Assembly (NCBI GenBank): GCA_040902515.1
Contig: JBBDXB010000006.1
Span: forward strand, 404,763 to 468,762
Direction of reading: 5' to 3'
Origin: Patescibacteria group bacterium
Lineage (GTDB): Bacteria > Patescibacteriota > SICC01
Length of the DNA stretch: 64,000 bases
Under the pieces are notes generated by a model, which worked only from the letters and a program-made list of their open reading frames with translations, was not told the origin of the DNA and searched no databases. Below are positions 55,546-64,000 of the stretch, piece by piece; position 1 is the first letter of the stretch; every line of letters begins with the position of its first letter. A program made the position numbers and the translations under genes.

Positions 55546-56127
55546 CTACGCTTCCGGTGCGCCCGTGGATGCGGTGCCGGCCACCAGGGACCGGCGGGAG
55601 AGCTCTCCGTACATCTCATTGGCGATCTTTCCAGGCGCTTCCGTGGAGAAAATCCGGATGTCGGTGTCGATCGCGAGGTACTTCGGGTGTCTGGCCAAGA
55701 ACCGTTCCCGCTCCTTTTCGGGGGACGTTTCCAGGTATCCCCGGGACAGGTGGCGCCGGACGATCAGGTCGACCGTTTCATGCGGGTCGCGGGACGGAAG
55801 CAGCAGGATGATGGTCCCGTTCGCCCTGAGTGTCTGGTGATTATCCCTTGCCATCTCGGGAGCTTCCTCGTGCACCAGGAATCCCGACGGCAGCGGGAAG
55901 ACGGTAGGGGCCTCCGACCGTTCGAGCAGGCGCCGGACTAGGGCGGCGTTTTCCCGGCAGTAGGCCACGTAGCCGTGTGCTTGGATGTAGTCACCAATCG
56001 GCATGACTTCGTGGCAGAATGCCAGATCGACATCGATGAACCGGTATCCTGATCGTCCGGCTAGCCGCTTACCGGCCGTGCTTTTGCCGACGCTGCCGGG
56101 ACCGACGATGAAGACATGCTTTGTCAT
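55546..56127 (-). CDS. P-loop NTPase of the shikimate-kinase-like (AAA_33/SKI) type, inserted between infC and rpmI.
   Basis: KHVFIVGPGSVGKSTAGKRLAGRSGYRFIDVDLAF is a Walker A in the shikimate/gluconate kinase arrangement. Function not assignable. Confidence 0.55.
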   Translation of the reverse strand: MTKHVFIVGPGSVGKSTAGKRLAGRSGYRFIDVDLAFCHEVMPIGDYIQAHGYVAYCRENAALVRRLLERSEAPTVFPLPSGFLVHEEAPEMARDNHQTLRANGTIILLLPSRDPHETVDLIVRRHLSRGYLETSPEKERERFLARHPKYLAIDTDIRIFSTEAPGKIANEMYGELSRRSLVAGTASTGAPEA

Positions 56128-56161
56128 GGCTGGCTCGGGACGGGCGGCACTGGACCAATTC

Positions 56162-56749
56162 CTAGCTCTTTTCGGCCGCTTCAGTGTCGGAGGATTTCTT
56201 TTCTGAGTCCTCCGCGCCTTTCTCGTCCGCCGGCTTCAATCCACCCTTCGGCGGCGCCACCACGATCGAGATGCTCCGGCCGGCCCGGACGGGATCCGCA
56301 TCCATCTTCACCTCGGGGAAGTGCCGCAGGATCAGCTCCTTGACCCGTTCTTTCGCGGCTCGCGGGTTCGCGTTCTCGCGGCCTTTCATCATCAGGTTGA
56401 ACTTCACCTTCTGGCCTTCCTCCAGGAACGTCCGCGCCTTCTTAACGCGGTACGAGAGGTCGTGTTCGCCGATCTTCATCGAGAGCCGGATTTCCTTCAC
56501 CAGGCCGGCGCGCTGCTTCTTCTGTTGCTTCTGCTGCTTGTCCTGCTCGTAACGGTACTTCCCGAAGTCCATGATCCGGGCGACCGGCGGGTCGGCCTGC
56601 GGCGCTACCTCGACCAGGTCGAGTTCCGCGGCCTTGGCCTTCTCCAGCGCTTCGTCACGCGAAAGGATGCCGAGCTGTTCGCCGCCAGCACCGAGTACCC
56701 TGAGCTTCGGCGCGGGAATTCCCGCGCCGACACGATATTTCTTAGCTAT
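56162..56749 (-). CDS. infC: Translation initiation factor IF-3. Probable non-canonical AUA start. Lys/Glu-rich C-terminal extension.
   Basis: The track ORF starts at the internal Met of PPVARIMDFGKYRYEQDK (E. coli CRIMDYGKFKYEQ). The frame stays open upstream through (I)AKKYRVGAGIPAPKLRVLGAGGEQLGILSRDEALEKAKAAELDLVEVAPQADPPVAR, which aligns with the IF-3 N-domain. A TGA follows immediately upstream. No ATG/GTG/TTG lies in that interval. ATA at 56747-56749 is preceded by AAGGTG. Confidence 0.75.
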   Translation of the reverse strand: MAKKYRVGAGIPAPKLRVLGAGGEQLGILSRDEALEKAKAAELDLVEVAPQADPPVARIMDFGKYRYEQDKQQKQQKKQRAGLVKEIRLSMKIGEHDLSYRVKKARTFLEEGQKVKFNLMMKGRENANPRAAKERVKELILRHFPEVKMDADPVRAGRSISIVVAPPKGGLKPADEKGAEDSEKKSSDTEAAEKS

Positions 56750-56842
56750 GGTCGCACCTTTCGAAGGCTGTCATGCGCTGTCATACGGTTCCCACGATAA
56801 GGAGTTTTCCGCACAGAGACAAGGTTCTCGGGCTGCGGCCCG

Positions 56843-57262
56843 TCATTCCCACAGTCCGAACAACGAAGTGCCGAGGTCGCCGATCAGGCCCGTCTGGGCG
56901 TCGAGGATGCCGATCGCCGCAACGATCAGCGTGAACACGCCGATCTGGATGCCGAGCCGCCGGAGATCGCCGCCGATCCGCTCCTGTTCGGCGCCGACCA
57001 GGGCCTCGCTCTTGGTGGACGGGGTGAAGGTGGCGGATACTGTTGCAGGTTCGGGGTCGGCGGGGACTGCGGGAGCGGGTCCCGGTTCCGTGACGGGCTG
57101 CTCGGGTTGCGGCTCGGTACCCGTGGACCGCTCGGCGGCCGGTTCGACGGGGGGCACGACCGTCTCGCGCGGCGCGGCCGCCGGCTTCGGCGTATCGCCG
57201 GTCCGGTGCCGCGCCCGTCGCGACAGCTTCTTCCGCTTTTTATGCTTCTTGGGGCGTTTGGA
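56843..57262 (-). CDS. Hypothetical protein: basic N-terminus, Pro/Glu-rich linker, C-terminal TM.
   Basis: MSKRPKKHKKRKKLSRR...IQIGVFTLIVAAIGIL. Could be a high-GC artefact. The plus-strand alternative is junk. Confidence 0.35.
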   Translation of the reverse strand, partial: SKRPKKHKKRKKLSRRARHRTGDTPKPAAAPRETVVPPVEPAAERSTGTEPQPEQPVTEPGPAPAVPADPEPATVSATFTPSTKSEALVGAEQERIGGDLRRLGIQIGVFTLIVAAIGILDAQTGLIGDLGTSLFGLWE

Positions 57263-57347
57263 CATACGCTTCCAGCTTACCGCCGCGGGGCCGTTCACTC
57301 CAGCATTAAAGGTTGATTGGTTATGTATAGCAAGCTACCATGTTCAC

Positions 57348-58859
57348 ATGGTGGCACGGGTACGGACGGCGACGTTGGCGGGGCTGGTGATGCAGCCGGT
57401 GACCGTCGAGGTGGAAGTGGCGAACGGCCTGCCGGGGCTGTCCATCGTGGGCCTTCCGGACAAGGCCGTGGACGAGAGCCGCGAGCGGGTGCGGGCAGCG
57501 ATCCGCCAGGCCGGGTTCACGCTACCGGCCCGCCGGATCACCGTGAACCTGGCGCCGGCGGGTACCCGGAAGGCCGGCTCAGGACTGGACCTGCCAATCG
57601 CGGTGGGTATCCTAGCGGCGGCCGGGGAACTGCCGGAGCCGGATCCCGGCGTGCTGTTCCGGGCCGAGCTCTCGCTGGACGGCCGGCTCCAGGGCGTGTC
57701 CGGTTCGCTTCCGGTCGCGCTGGGAGCGAAGGAGCGGGGCATGGAGCGGCTGGTGGTGGCCGAGGCGAACGCGGCCGAGGCGGCGCTGGCCGGCGCGCCG
57801 CCGGTACACGGCATCGCTTCGTTGGAAGTGCTGGTCGGGTACCTGCGCGGCGGGCGGCAGGTAGCGCCGACGCCTCCCGGTGAATACTCCGGGACCGCCA
57901 TCCCGGCCCTCGACCTCGGCGAGATCCGCGGACAGGCACACGCCAAACGGGCGCTGGAGGTAGCGGCGGCGGGCGGGCACAACCTGCTGCTGACCGGACC
58001 TCCCGGCACCGGCAAGAGCATGCTGGCCAAGGCGCTGGCCGGCATCCTGCCCCCGCCGTCGCGCGGGGAACTGCTGGAGATCACCGCGGCACATAGCGTG
58101 GCGGACCTCCTGCCGCCCGAGCGTCCCCTGGTGGGATACCGGCCGCTCCGGAACCCGCACCACTCGGTTTCCCTGGCCGGGCTGCTCGGTGGCGGCAGCA
58201 ACCCGCGTCCGGGCGAGATCAGCCTGGCGCATCGCGGCGTCCTCTTCCTCGACGAGCTTCCGCAGTTCCCGCCGCACGTGCTTGAGGCGCTCCGGGTACC
58301 GCTCGAGGAACGCCGGGTCCGGATCAGCCGTGCGGGACGGACCGTGGAATTCCCGGCCGACTGCATGCTGGTCGGGAGTCAGAACCCTTGTCCGTGCGGG
58401 TTCGCCGGGGACCCAGACAAACCGTGCGTCTGTAGTCCCGCCGCCGCAGCGCGGTACCGCCAGCGCCTCTCCGGTCCGCTCCGCGACCGGTTCGACCTTC
58501 TCGCCGGTGTTCCGCGGGTCGCGTACGCGGAGCTTTCGGCGCGCGACGGCGAATCGAGCGCCGTGGTGCGGCAGCGGGTACGGACCGCCCGGCAGCGGCA
58601 GGGCCACCGCCTCGGCGCCGGGCGGACTAACGCCGCGATGACGCTCGCCGAGATGGCGGAACACGCCCGGCCGGACGATGCCGGAGACGCGTTGCTGCAC
58701 CGCGCGGTGGACCGCTGGCATCTCTCCGTGCGGGCGTGCCACCGGGTGCTGCGCGTCTCCCGGACGATCGCGGATCTCGCCGCCGCCCCGGTGATCACCG
58801 AAGGCCACGTCGCGGAGGCGATCCAATACCGCGAGCGCCTGGCCGAACAGCCGGTCTGA
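57348..58859 (+). CDS. comM: YifB/ComM-family Mg-chelatase-like AAA+ ATPase.
   Basis: MVARVRTATLAGL...GLPDKAVDESRERVRAAIRQAGF...LLLTGPPGTGKSMLAKALAGILPP...LFLDELPQF. The track ORF 56571-58859 is extended as infC antisense. The true ATG is at 57348. TTGATT-N17-TACCAT lies just upstream, so the mRNA may be leaderless. Confidence 0.85.
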   Translation: MVARVRTATLAGLVMQPVTVEVEVANGLPGLSIVGLPDKAVDESRERVRAAIRQAGFTLPARRITVNLAPAGTRKAGSGLDLPIAVGILAAAGELPEPDPGVLFRAELSLDGRLQGVSGSLPVALGAKERGMERLVVAEANAAEAALAGAPPVHGIASLEVLVGYLRGGRQVAPTPPGEYSGTAIPALDLGEIRGQAHAKRALEVAAAGGHNLLLTGPPGTGKSMLAKALAGILPPPSRGELLEITAAHSVADLLPPERPLVGYRPLRNPHHSVSLAGLLGGGSNPRPGEISLAHRGVLFLDELPQFPPHVLEALRVPLEERRVRISRAGRTVEFPADCMLVGSQNPCPCGFAGDPDKPCVCSPAAAARYRQRLSGPLRDRFDLLAGVPRVAYAELSARDGESSAVVRQRVRTARQRQGHRLGAGRTNAAMTLAEMAEHARPDDAGDALLHRAVDRWHLSVRACHRVLRVSRTIADLAAAPVITEGHVAEAIQYRERLAEQPV

Positions 58860-58868
58860 GCCGGGTGA

Positions 58869-59708
58869 CTACTTCTTCTTTTCCTTGACCTTGGGTTCGG
58901 CGATGCGCTGCCGGTACGCTTCCCAGCAGCGTTCGCGATACTCCTTGGCCCGTACCGCCGGTTTCGGATCCTGGATGATGCCCCGGCCGACGATCAACAC
59001 GTCGGCACCCGCGTCCACCAACGCATCCGGGGAGGCGTAGCGCTGGCCGAGTGTGTCGCTGCCGCCGCCGATCTTGGCGCCTGGCGTGAAGATGATGAAT
59101 CCCGGCGGCGCCTGTTTGGCCAGCGAGGGCAACGCCTTCAGTCCCGCGCCGATGAATCCCGTCACGAAATCGGCGTTCTCCTTGGCCATCGCGACCACTT
59201 TCTTGGTGTAGTCGGCATCCAGGAGGTTGTCGGCCGAACTCATCTGGGCCAGCAGCAGGATGCCGCGCCGTTCCGCCATGTCATGGGCTTCGGCTGCCTC
59301 GCGGAGCCCCTGGATGATGCCCGGCCCCGGCAAGGCGTGGGCGTTCACGATGTCGGCCCATTCGATGATCGAGAACGCCCCCGTGGTGTACTGGTTCTTG
59401 ACCGTCTGCCCGATGTCCGCGAACTTCCGGTCCTCGAAGATCAGGAAGTTGTGTTCCCGGGCCAGGCTGCTGAGCTCCAGCGTCAGTTTGGGCGTGAACT
59501 GTTCGATGGTATCGACGTGCGTCTTCAGCACGGCCACGTGCGGGGCCACCATCTCGGCGATGCGCAGAAACCGTACCGGGTCGGTCTCGTCCACGGCCAC
59601 GCAGAGGTTGGTCTCCTTCTCGACCATCAGCCCGAAGAGGTGCCGCGCCAGCGGATTATCCGCGGTCTCGGCACGGTCGGTGTAGGTGGCGTTCCGGTGT
59701 TCGCTCAC
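58869..59708 (-). CDS. pyrF: Orotidine-5'-phosphate decarboxylase (URA3-like type).
   Basis: LCVAVDETDP...LKTHVD...FLIFEDRKFADIGQTVKNQY...IEWADIVNAH. GTG start overlapping the pyrE stop (GTGA). Confidence 0.8.
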   Translation of the reverse strand: MSEHRNATYTDRAETADNPLARHLFGLMVEKETNLCVAVDETDPVRFLRIAEMVAPHVAVLKTHVDTIEQFTPKLTLELSSLAREHNFLIFEDRKFADIGQTVKNQYTTGAFSIIEWADIVNAHALPGPGIIQGLREAAEAHDMAERRGILLLAQMSSADNLLDADYTKKVVAMAKENADFVTGFIGAGLKALPSLAKQAPPGFIIFTPGAKIGGGSDTLGQRYASPDALVDAGADVLIVGRGIIQDPKPAVRAKEYRERCWEAYRQRIAEPKVKEKKK

Positions 59709-60358
59709 GACTCGAGTCCCATCTTCTTGCCCCAGCCGGCGGGATCCTTGGCCCACTCGAGTACGCGCTCCTTGGACTCCGGCGTGAGCTGGCCGAGCTG
59801 TTCGGCCGCCTCGGTCAGCGCTTCGAAGTTCGTCAGGGTGGAGAGGGGAATGCCCGCCTCCCGGAACCCGTCCACGGCCGTCCGCATCCCGTACGTGAAG
59901 ATCGCGACCACCCCGAGCGGTTCGGCACCCACCTCGCGGACGGCCTGTGCCGCCCCCAGCGCGCTCCCGCCGGTACTGATCAGGTCCTCGATCACCAGTG
60001 TCTTCGAACCCGGCGGCAGCACGCCCTCGATCTGGTTCTTCTGGCCATGGTCCTTGGCCTTGCCGCGTACGTAGACCATCGGGATGTTCATGCCGGCGCC
60101 GAGCCAGGCCGCCCAGGCGATGCCGGCGGTGGCCGTCCCCGCGACGACTTCGATCTTCGGGTGTGTCTCGCGGGCCAGTTCCTCCAGCGCCTTGGCGACG
60201 GTCTTCCGGGCCTCGGGGTGGGATATCAGGACGCGATTGTCGGTATAGATCGGCGAGAGGATCCCGGAGGTATAGCGGAACGGCTCGTCCGGCCGGAGCG
60301 TGACGGCATCCACTTCGAGCAGGATCTTGGCGATGGTCCGGGCGCTGGTGTTGGTCAC
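59705..60358 (-). CDS. pyrE: Orotate phosphoribosyltransferase.
   Basis: PRPP motif VIEDLISTGGS. GTG start at 60356-60358, preceded by a perfect SD AAGGAGGAAG. The track ORF start would overlap gatD by 52 nt. Confidence 0.8.
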   Translation of the reverse strand: MTNTSARTIAKILLEVDAVTLRPDEPFRYTSGILSPIYTDNRVLISHPEARKTVAKALEELARETHPKIEVVAGTATAGIAWAAWLGAGMNIPMVYVRGKAKDHGQKNQIEGVLPPGSKTLVIEDLISTGGSALGAAQAVREVGAEPLGVVAIFTYGMRTAVDGFREAGIPLSTLTNFEALTEAAEQLGQLTPESKERVLEWAKDPAGWGKKMGLES

Positions 60359-60374
60359 GGGCTTCCTCCTTGAG

Positions 60375-61112
60375 TCAGGCGAACCGCCGAGCGAGTTCGC
60401 GGTTAGTCGTTTCCTCCAGCGTATCATCGAGAGCAGCCAGCCGGACGCGCTTGTGCCGCCGCCGGAGCGCCCGTTCGATCAGCCAGTCGGCGAGGTGGGG
60501 GTTCTTCGGCAGGAGCGAACCGTGGAAGTACGTGCCGACCGCGCCGCCGGCGACGCAGCCCTCCGTCCGGTCCCGGCCGTTGTTGCCGTGACCGCGGGTC
60601 ACTCGGGCGAGAGGTTTCACTGCCTCACCGAGGAAGGTCAGGCCGGAATGGTTCTCGAAGCCGACCAGCGGCTGCTTGCCCAGGCCGGTGAGCAGCGGGG
60701 TAGCGACGACGTTGCCGATGAAGCGCTCGGGGCCGGCCTCGGTGTAGGCATCGAAGACGCCGATACCTTCGAGCCGCTTGTTCGCGTCGGGCTGGTAGTA
60801 TCGGCCGAAGAGCTGGTAACCGCCGCAGACGGCGAGGGCGGCCGCGCCGCGGTCGATCGCCTCCTTGATCGCCACTCCCTTACCGAGCCGGCCGGTGAGG
60901 TCGGCGGCCACGGCATCCTGCTCCTGATCTTGGCCGCCGCCGAAGAAGAAGAGGTCGTAGCGGGTGGCATCAAGCCGCTGCCCGCATTCGATCTCATCGA
61001 CGCTCACGGCGATTTCCCGCCAGCGGCTGCGGCGCACCAGCGTGAGGATATTGCCACGGTCGCCGTAGATATTCATCCGGCGGGGGTAGAGGTGGGCGAT
61101 TCGGAGGTGCAT
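60375..61112 (-). CDS. gatD: Lipid II isoglutaminyl synthase glutaminase subunit GatD (CobB/CobQ-like GATase).
   Basis: MHLRIAHLYPRRMNIYGDRGNILTL...YDLFFFGGGQD...VCGGYQLFG matches GatD as remembered from Staphylococcus and Mycobacterium. Confidence 0.8.
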   Translation of the reverse strand: MHLRIAHLYPRRMNIYGDRGNILTLVRRSRWREIAVSVDEIECGQRLDATRYDLFFFGGGQDQEQDAVAADLTGRLGKGVAIKEAIDRGAAALAVCGGYQLFGRYYQPDANKRLEGIGVFDAYTEAGPERFIGNVVATPLLTGLGKQPLVGFENHSGLTFLGEAVKPLARVTRGHGNNGRDRTEGCVAGGAVGTYFHGSLLPKNPHLADWLIERALRRRHKRVRLAALDDTLEETTNRELARRFA

Positions 61113-61126
61113 GGTTCGAGCGTACG

Positions 61127-62530
61127 TTAGGAGAGGTAGTGTTTCACGTGGCCGGCGCGAGTGAGCTCACGTCGGAGCGTCAGCATCGCGGTATAGGTAG
61201 GGAGCACGTAGAGTGTGTCGCCGGGGCCGGTACGAGCGAGTTCGGCCTTGAGGGCACTCTCGATGGAATCGTGGATCGGGATTTCTTCCGGATCCAGGCC
61301 GGCGTACTTGAGGCGGAGCGCCATGTCGGCGGCCCGGGTCCCTCCGACCGCGATCGTTTCTGCCTGGGGCAGGAGCTGCTCGAAATCGGTGTCCCAGAGC
61401 CAGGAAACGTCCAGACCGTCCGCGAAATTATCGTTGATCAGGACCAGAAAGCGCTTCTTCGCACGGTCCTCGGCGAACGTGTTGATGATCTCGTTGGCGC
61501 CGGTCGGATTCTTGATCAGGCCGATCACGACGCGCCGCCCCTCGACCTCGACCGCCTCCTGCCGCCCGAACACGGCCGCGGTCTCCGCGATCGCCTGCCC
61601 GGCTTTCGCGGGAGGCACGCCCGCTGCCTCCGCCGCCGCCAGCGCCGCGAGCGCGTTGTAGGCGTTGTAGAGGCCGGGAATCCGGAGCGACATGGTCACC
61701 GTCCGGCGGCCGAGGGCGACGGTCAGCTCGTAGCCGCGTCCCCGGACGGGGGAGAGGTCGGTCAGGCGGATGTGGGGATTGGGGCGCCGGAGCGCGCCGC
61801 CCCGGTAATGGCCAAGGTGCCCGACGAAGACGGCATCGTATGTCAGGAGTTCGCCGGTCTTCGGGTCGGATACGCTGTCGGCGGCGTGCGGCAGCCGCGG
61901 TTTCGAGCGCGAGGTGTCCTCGATGCCGAAGTAGCGGACGGTCTGGGGCAGGCCCTTGCCGAGCGCGGCCACCAGCGGATCGTCGGCATTGAGCAGCACG
62001 ATGCTCGACTTCGGGAGGGAGCGGAGACCGGTACGGAGCAGCTCGGCCGTCCGCTTGAGCTCGCCGTAGCGGTCGAGCTGGTCGCGGAAGAGGTTCGTCA
62101 CCACCACGACCTTCGGACGGAGCTCCCGGCACGCGGCCGGCATCGTCGCTTCGTCCACCTCGAACACTCCCCAGGGCTTCCGCTCGCCGCGCCGTCGCCG
62201 CCCCACCCGGAGCGCCAGCGTGGAGGCGATACCGCGGAGCAGGTTCGAGCCGGCCTGGTTGCGGATCACGGGACGCCCGGTCAGCTCCAGGGCGTTGCCG
62301 ATGAACTCGGAAGTGGTGGTCTTGCCGTTGGTACCGGTGACCACGATGCTGCCGGCGAGACGGTGGGAACGTCGGCGGATCAGGGCGGGGTCGATCTTCA
62401 GGCCCGCCAGGCCGGGGAGGCTGGTGGCGCCGCCGCCCTGGAGCCGGGAGATTCCGGCAAGCGTACGGGCTGCTCCGATGGCTGCCGCCGCCCTCATCTC
62501 CGCGGCTCCATCGTGCGTGCGTCCAGCCAT
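61127..62530 (-). CDS. murT: Lipid II isoglutaminyl synthase MurT (Mur-ligase family).
   Basis: VVTGTNGKTTTSEFIGNAL is the Mur ligase P-loop. Partner of gatD. An alternative start at ATG 62497 (MRAAAAIG) gives an ATGA overlap with the miaA stop. Confidence 0.8.
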   Translation of the reverse strand: MAGRTHDGAAEMRAAAAIGAARTLAGISRLQGGGATSLPGLAGLKIDPALIRRRSHRLAGSIVVTGTNGKTTTSEFIGNALELTGRPVIRNQAGSNLLRGIASTLALRVGRRRRGERKPWGVFEVDEATMPAACRELRPKVVVVTNLFRDQLDRYGELKRTAELLRTGLRSLPKSSIVLLNADDPLVAALGKGLPQTVRYFGIEDTSRSKPRLPHAADSVSDPKTGELLTYDAVFVGHLGHYRGGALRRPNPHIRLTDLSPVRGRGYELTVALGRRTVTMSLRIPGLYNAYNALAALAAAEAAGVPPAKAGQAIAETAAVFGRQEAVEVEGRRVVIGLIKNPTGANEIINTFAEDRAKKRFLVLINDNFADGLDVSWLWDTDFEQLLPQAETIAVGGTRAADMALRLKYAGLDPEEIPIHDSIESALKAELARTGPGDTLYVLPTYTAMLTLRRELTRAGHVKHYLS

Positions 62531-63420
62531 CCCGATACCAGTGCCTCGGCCTCATCCTCGCTTCCGACCCAGCGGATCGTCTCGTCGCGCTTGAACCAGG
62601 TCATCTGTCGCTTGGTGTACCGGACCAGTTCCGTGACCGACTCGCTCCGGGCCGCTTCGAACGTGAGGTCGCCTTGGAGGTGCTTCGCGAAACTGCGGTA
62701 GTGCAGGCCGAAGGACTCGATCTGCCCCCAGGACAACCCTTCTTCCTTGTGCAGGCGGGTGATTTCCTCGGTCAGTCCGCGCCGCAGCCAGTCTTCCAGG
62801 CGTTCGGCGATCCGGTCGGTGAGCACCTCCTTATCTAGGCGGATGCCGACCTTCAGGGTCGCGTACCGCGGCTCCCCGCGGTCCTGCAACCGTGAGATCG
62901 GGGTGCCGCTCGTCTCACTGACCTCGATTGCCCGGATCAGCCGCACCCGGTTATGCCGGTCGATGGCGGCGGCGTGCTCCGGATCCACCGCTTCCAGGCG
63001 CGCGACCAGCGCCGCGGTGTCGAGCTTCTCCAGCTCGTCACGCAGCCCGGACTGCGGCGGCACCTCGGGGATCCTCAGGTTCTCGATGACCGCCTGGACG
63101 TACAGTCCGGTGCCGCCGACCAGGAACGGCAGGAGCCCCCGTTGCAGGATGTGCCCGATCGCCCGGAACGCCCGTGTCTGGTACTCGGCCAGGGTGATCG
63201 GCTGCTTCGGGTGGGCGATGTCCAGCAGGTGGTGCCGTACCCGGGCCTGTTCCTCGGGCAGGACCTTGGCCGTCCCGATGTCCATGCCGCGGTATACCTG
63301 CCGGGAATCCGCGGAGACGATCTCGCCGTGGAATTCCTCGGCCAGTTCGACCGCCAGGGAGGACTTGCCCGACGCGGTCGGACCGACGATCGCGACCAGC
63401 GGCGGTTTCTTTTCGGCCAT
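62494..63420 (-). CDS. miaA: tRNA dimethylallyltransferase MiaA.
   Basis: LVAIVGPTASGKSSLAVELAEEFHGEIVSADSRQVYRGMDIGTAK. Start at MAEKK (63420). Confidence 0.85.
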   Translation of the reverse strand: MAEKKPPLVAIVGPTASGKSSLAVELAEEFHGEIVSADSRQVYRGMDIGTAKVLPEEQARVRHHLLDIAHPKQPITLAEYQTRAFRAIGHILQRGLLPFLVGGTGLYVQAVIENLRIPEVPPQSGLRDELEKLDTAALVARLEAVDPEHAAAIDRHNRVRLIRAIEVSETSGTPISRLQDRGEPRYATLKVGIRLDKEVLTDRIAERLEDWLRRGLTEEITRLHKEEGLSWGQIESFGLHYRSFAKHLQGDLTFEAARSESVTELVRYTKRQMTWFKRDETIRWVGSEDEAEALVSGWLDARTMEPRR

Positions 63421-63530
63421 ATCCACCACTATACCGGCAGATGTGGGCCGCAGATATGAAGAAGGCGTCAGCCGGATGTCGCGGGATGCGAGATACGGGA
63501 CTGACGCCTTCCTGGCTTTGCTGACGCACG

Positions 63531-63785
63531 CTACGCTCCTCGGGGTGTTCGTGGCTTCTCGATCCTGATGATCCTGAACGACCGGCCGAATGCCGATGGG
63601 TTGTTGGGCGGCCTGACGGTCACGGTCTCGTGCAAGTGATGGCCCAGGAAAGGATTACTCTCACCGATCTTCTCGATGGTCTTCTCCTCGCCCGTGTCCG
63701 TACTCTTCACCGTGATTTGGCAGCCCTCCTCGACCCGGCTCATGCTCGGACGTATGTCGTGCGTATCGGCCGTTGCCATATCCAC
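63531..63785 (-). CDS. Hypothetical 84-aa protein upstream of miaA.
   Basis: Protein-like composition. Not Hfq-like. No homology recognised. Confidence 0.35.
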   Translation of the reverse strand: MDMATADTHDIRPSMSRVEEGCQITVKSTDTGEEKTIEKIGESNPFLGHHLHETVTVRPPNNPSAFGRSFRIIRIEKPRTPRGA

Positions 63786-63900
63786 CTCCTCTCAGGGCCG
63801 ACGGTGTTAAGGGCTTACATCCAAGCACGCCCCGGGCGGTGAAGCAAGGGAGGATAGTACAACGGCTTCAAAACCGGTTGCCTTGGCATTCGTCTTTCGG

Positions 63901-64000
63901 TCAGAAGGTTTTCGAAAGGACCCGATCCGTCGCTTCCTTCGCGAGATCCTTCGTGACCGCGGCGATCTTCTTTACGCCGAGGTCGCCGCGGTGGTAGCTC
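63901..64000 (-). CDS. Possible C-terminal fragment (33 aa) of a gene continuing beyond the window end.
   Basis: The frame reads ...SYHRGDLGVKKIAAVTKDLAKEATDRVLSKTF-stop. The plus-strand ORF 63773-63997 competes with it. Unresolved. Confidence 0.2.
   Translation of the reverse strand, partial: SYHRGDLGVKKIAAVTKDLAKEATDRVLSKTF

Noticed and set aside
56571-58859. 762-aa plus-strand ORF
   Set aside because: The real ComM/YifB starts at ATG 57348. The 5' 777 nt are antisense of infC and the small minus-strand gene.

Overview
This is a 64-kb, high-GC (about 65%), gene-dense bacterial chromosomal segment. I found no rRNA, no CRISPR array and no transposase or integrase.

Everything below was read by eye from the sequence and the supplied ORF track. 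No searches or structure predictions were run, so domain and family names are recollections, not database hits.

Main contents, in order:
- A sugar-metabolism cluster (1-7.2 kb): a partial TreT-like trehalose synthase, an alpha/alpha-barrel glycoside hydrolase, three GT4 glycosyltransferases, a GalT-family nucleotidyltransferase and a small hypothetical.
- ruvC-yebC, then an orphan PilN-like/PilO-like pair followed by an Arg-rich polytopic membrane protein.
- An M23 peptidase followed by an FtsX-like permease and its ABC ATPase, directly upstream of murD.
- pgeF, an MBL-fold hydrolase, a bAvd-like four-helix-bundle protein, rpmB, an M50 site-2 protease, tRNA-Pro(GGG) and a flavodoxin-like reductase.
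- A complete secretin-less (monoderm-type) type IV pilus locus (25.0-42.6 kb). Its order is consensus promoter, a 1267-aa secreted giant protein, pilM-pilN-pilO, a small membrane protein, pilB-pilT-pilC, two tandem major pilins, pilD, three minor pilins and a PilX-like protein with DUF5648-type repeats, then rnhA and RNase P RNA.
- A second glycan locus: polyprenyl-phosphate sugar transferase, two GT4, a DUF4012 protein and yidC.
- SPFH protein, PolB-like exonuclease, DUF4383 protein and an Rpf-like transglycosylase preceded by a long low-GC structured leader.
- tRNA-Glu(CTC), then on the minus strand a DMT-family transporter (unrelated to translation) and the translation cluster rplT, rpmI, an inserted P-loop kinase and infC, which appears to start at AUA.
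- comM/yifB, pyrF-pyrE, gatD-murT and miaA.

Ribosomal proteins, IF-3 and the ABC ATPase carry Lys/Ala-rich C-terminal tails.

GatD/MurT, PilMNO without a secretin, an Rpf-like protein and DUF4012/DUF4383 proteins together suggest a monoderm high-GC lineage (Actinobacteria-, Chloroflexota- or CPR-like); the phylum cannot be assigned from this window.

Many long ORFs in the supplied track are antisense or fused artefacts typical of high-GC DNA. Starts were re-assigned where homology and overlap logic allowed.
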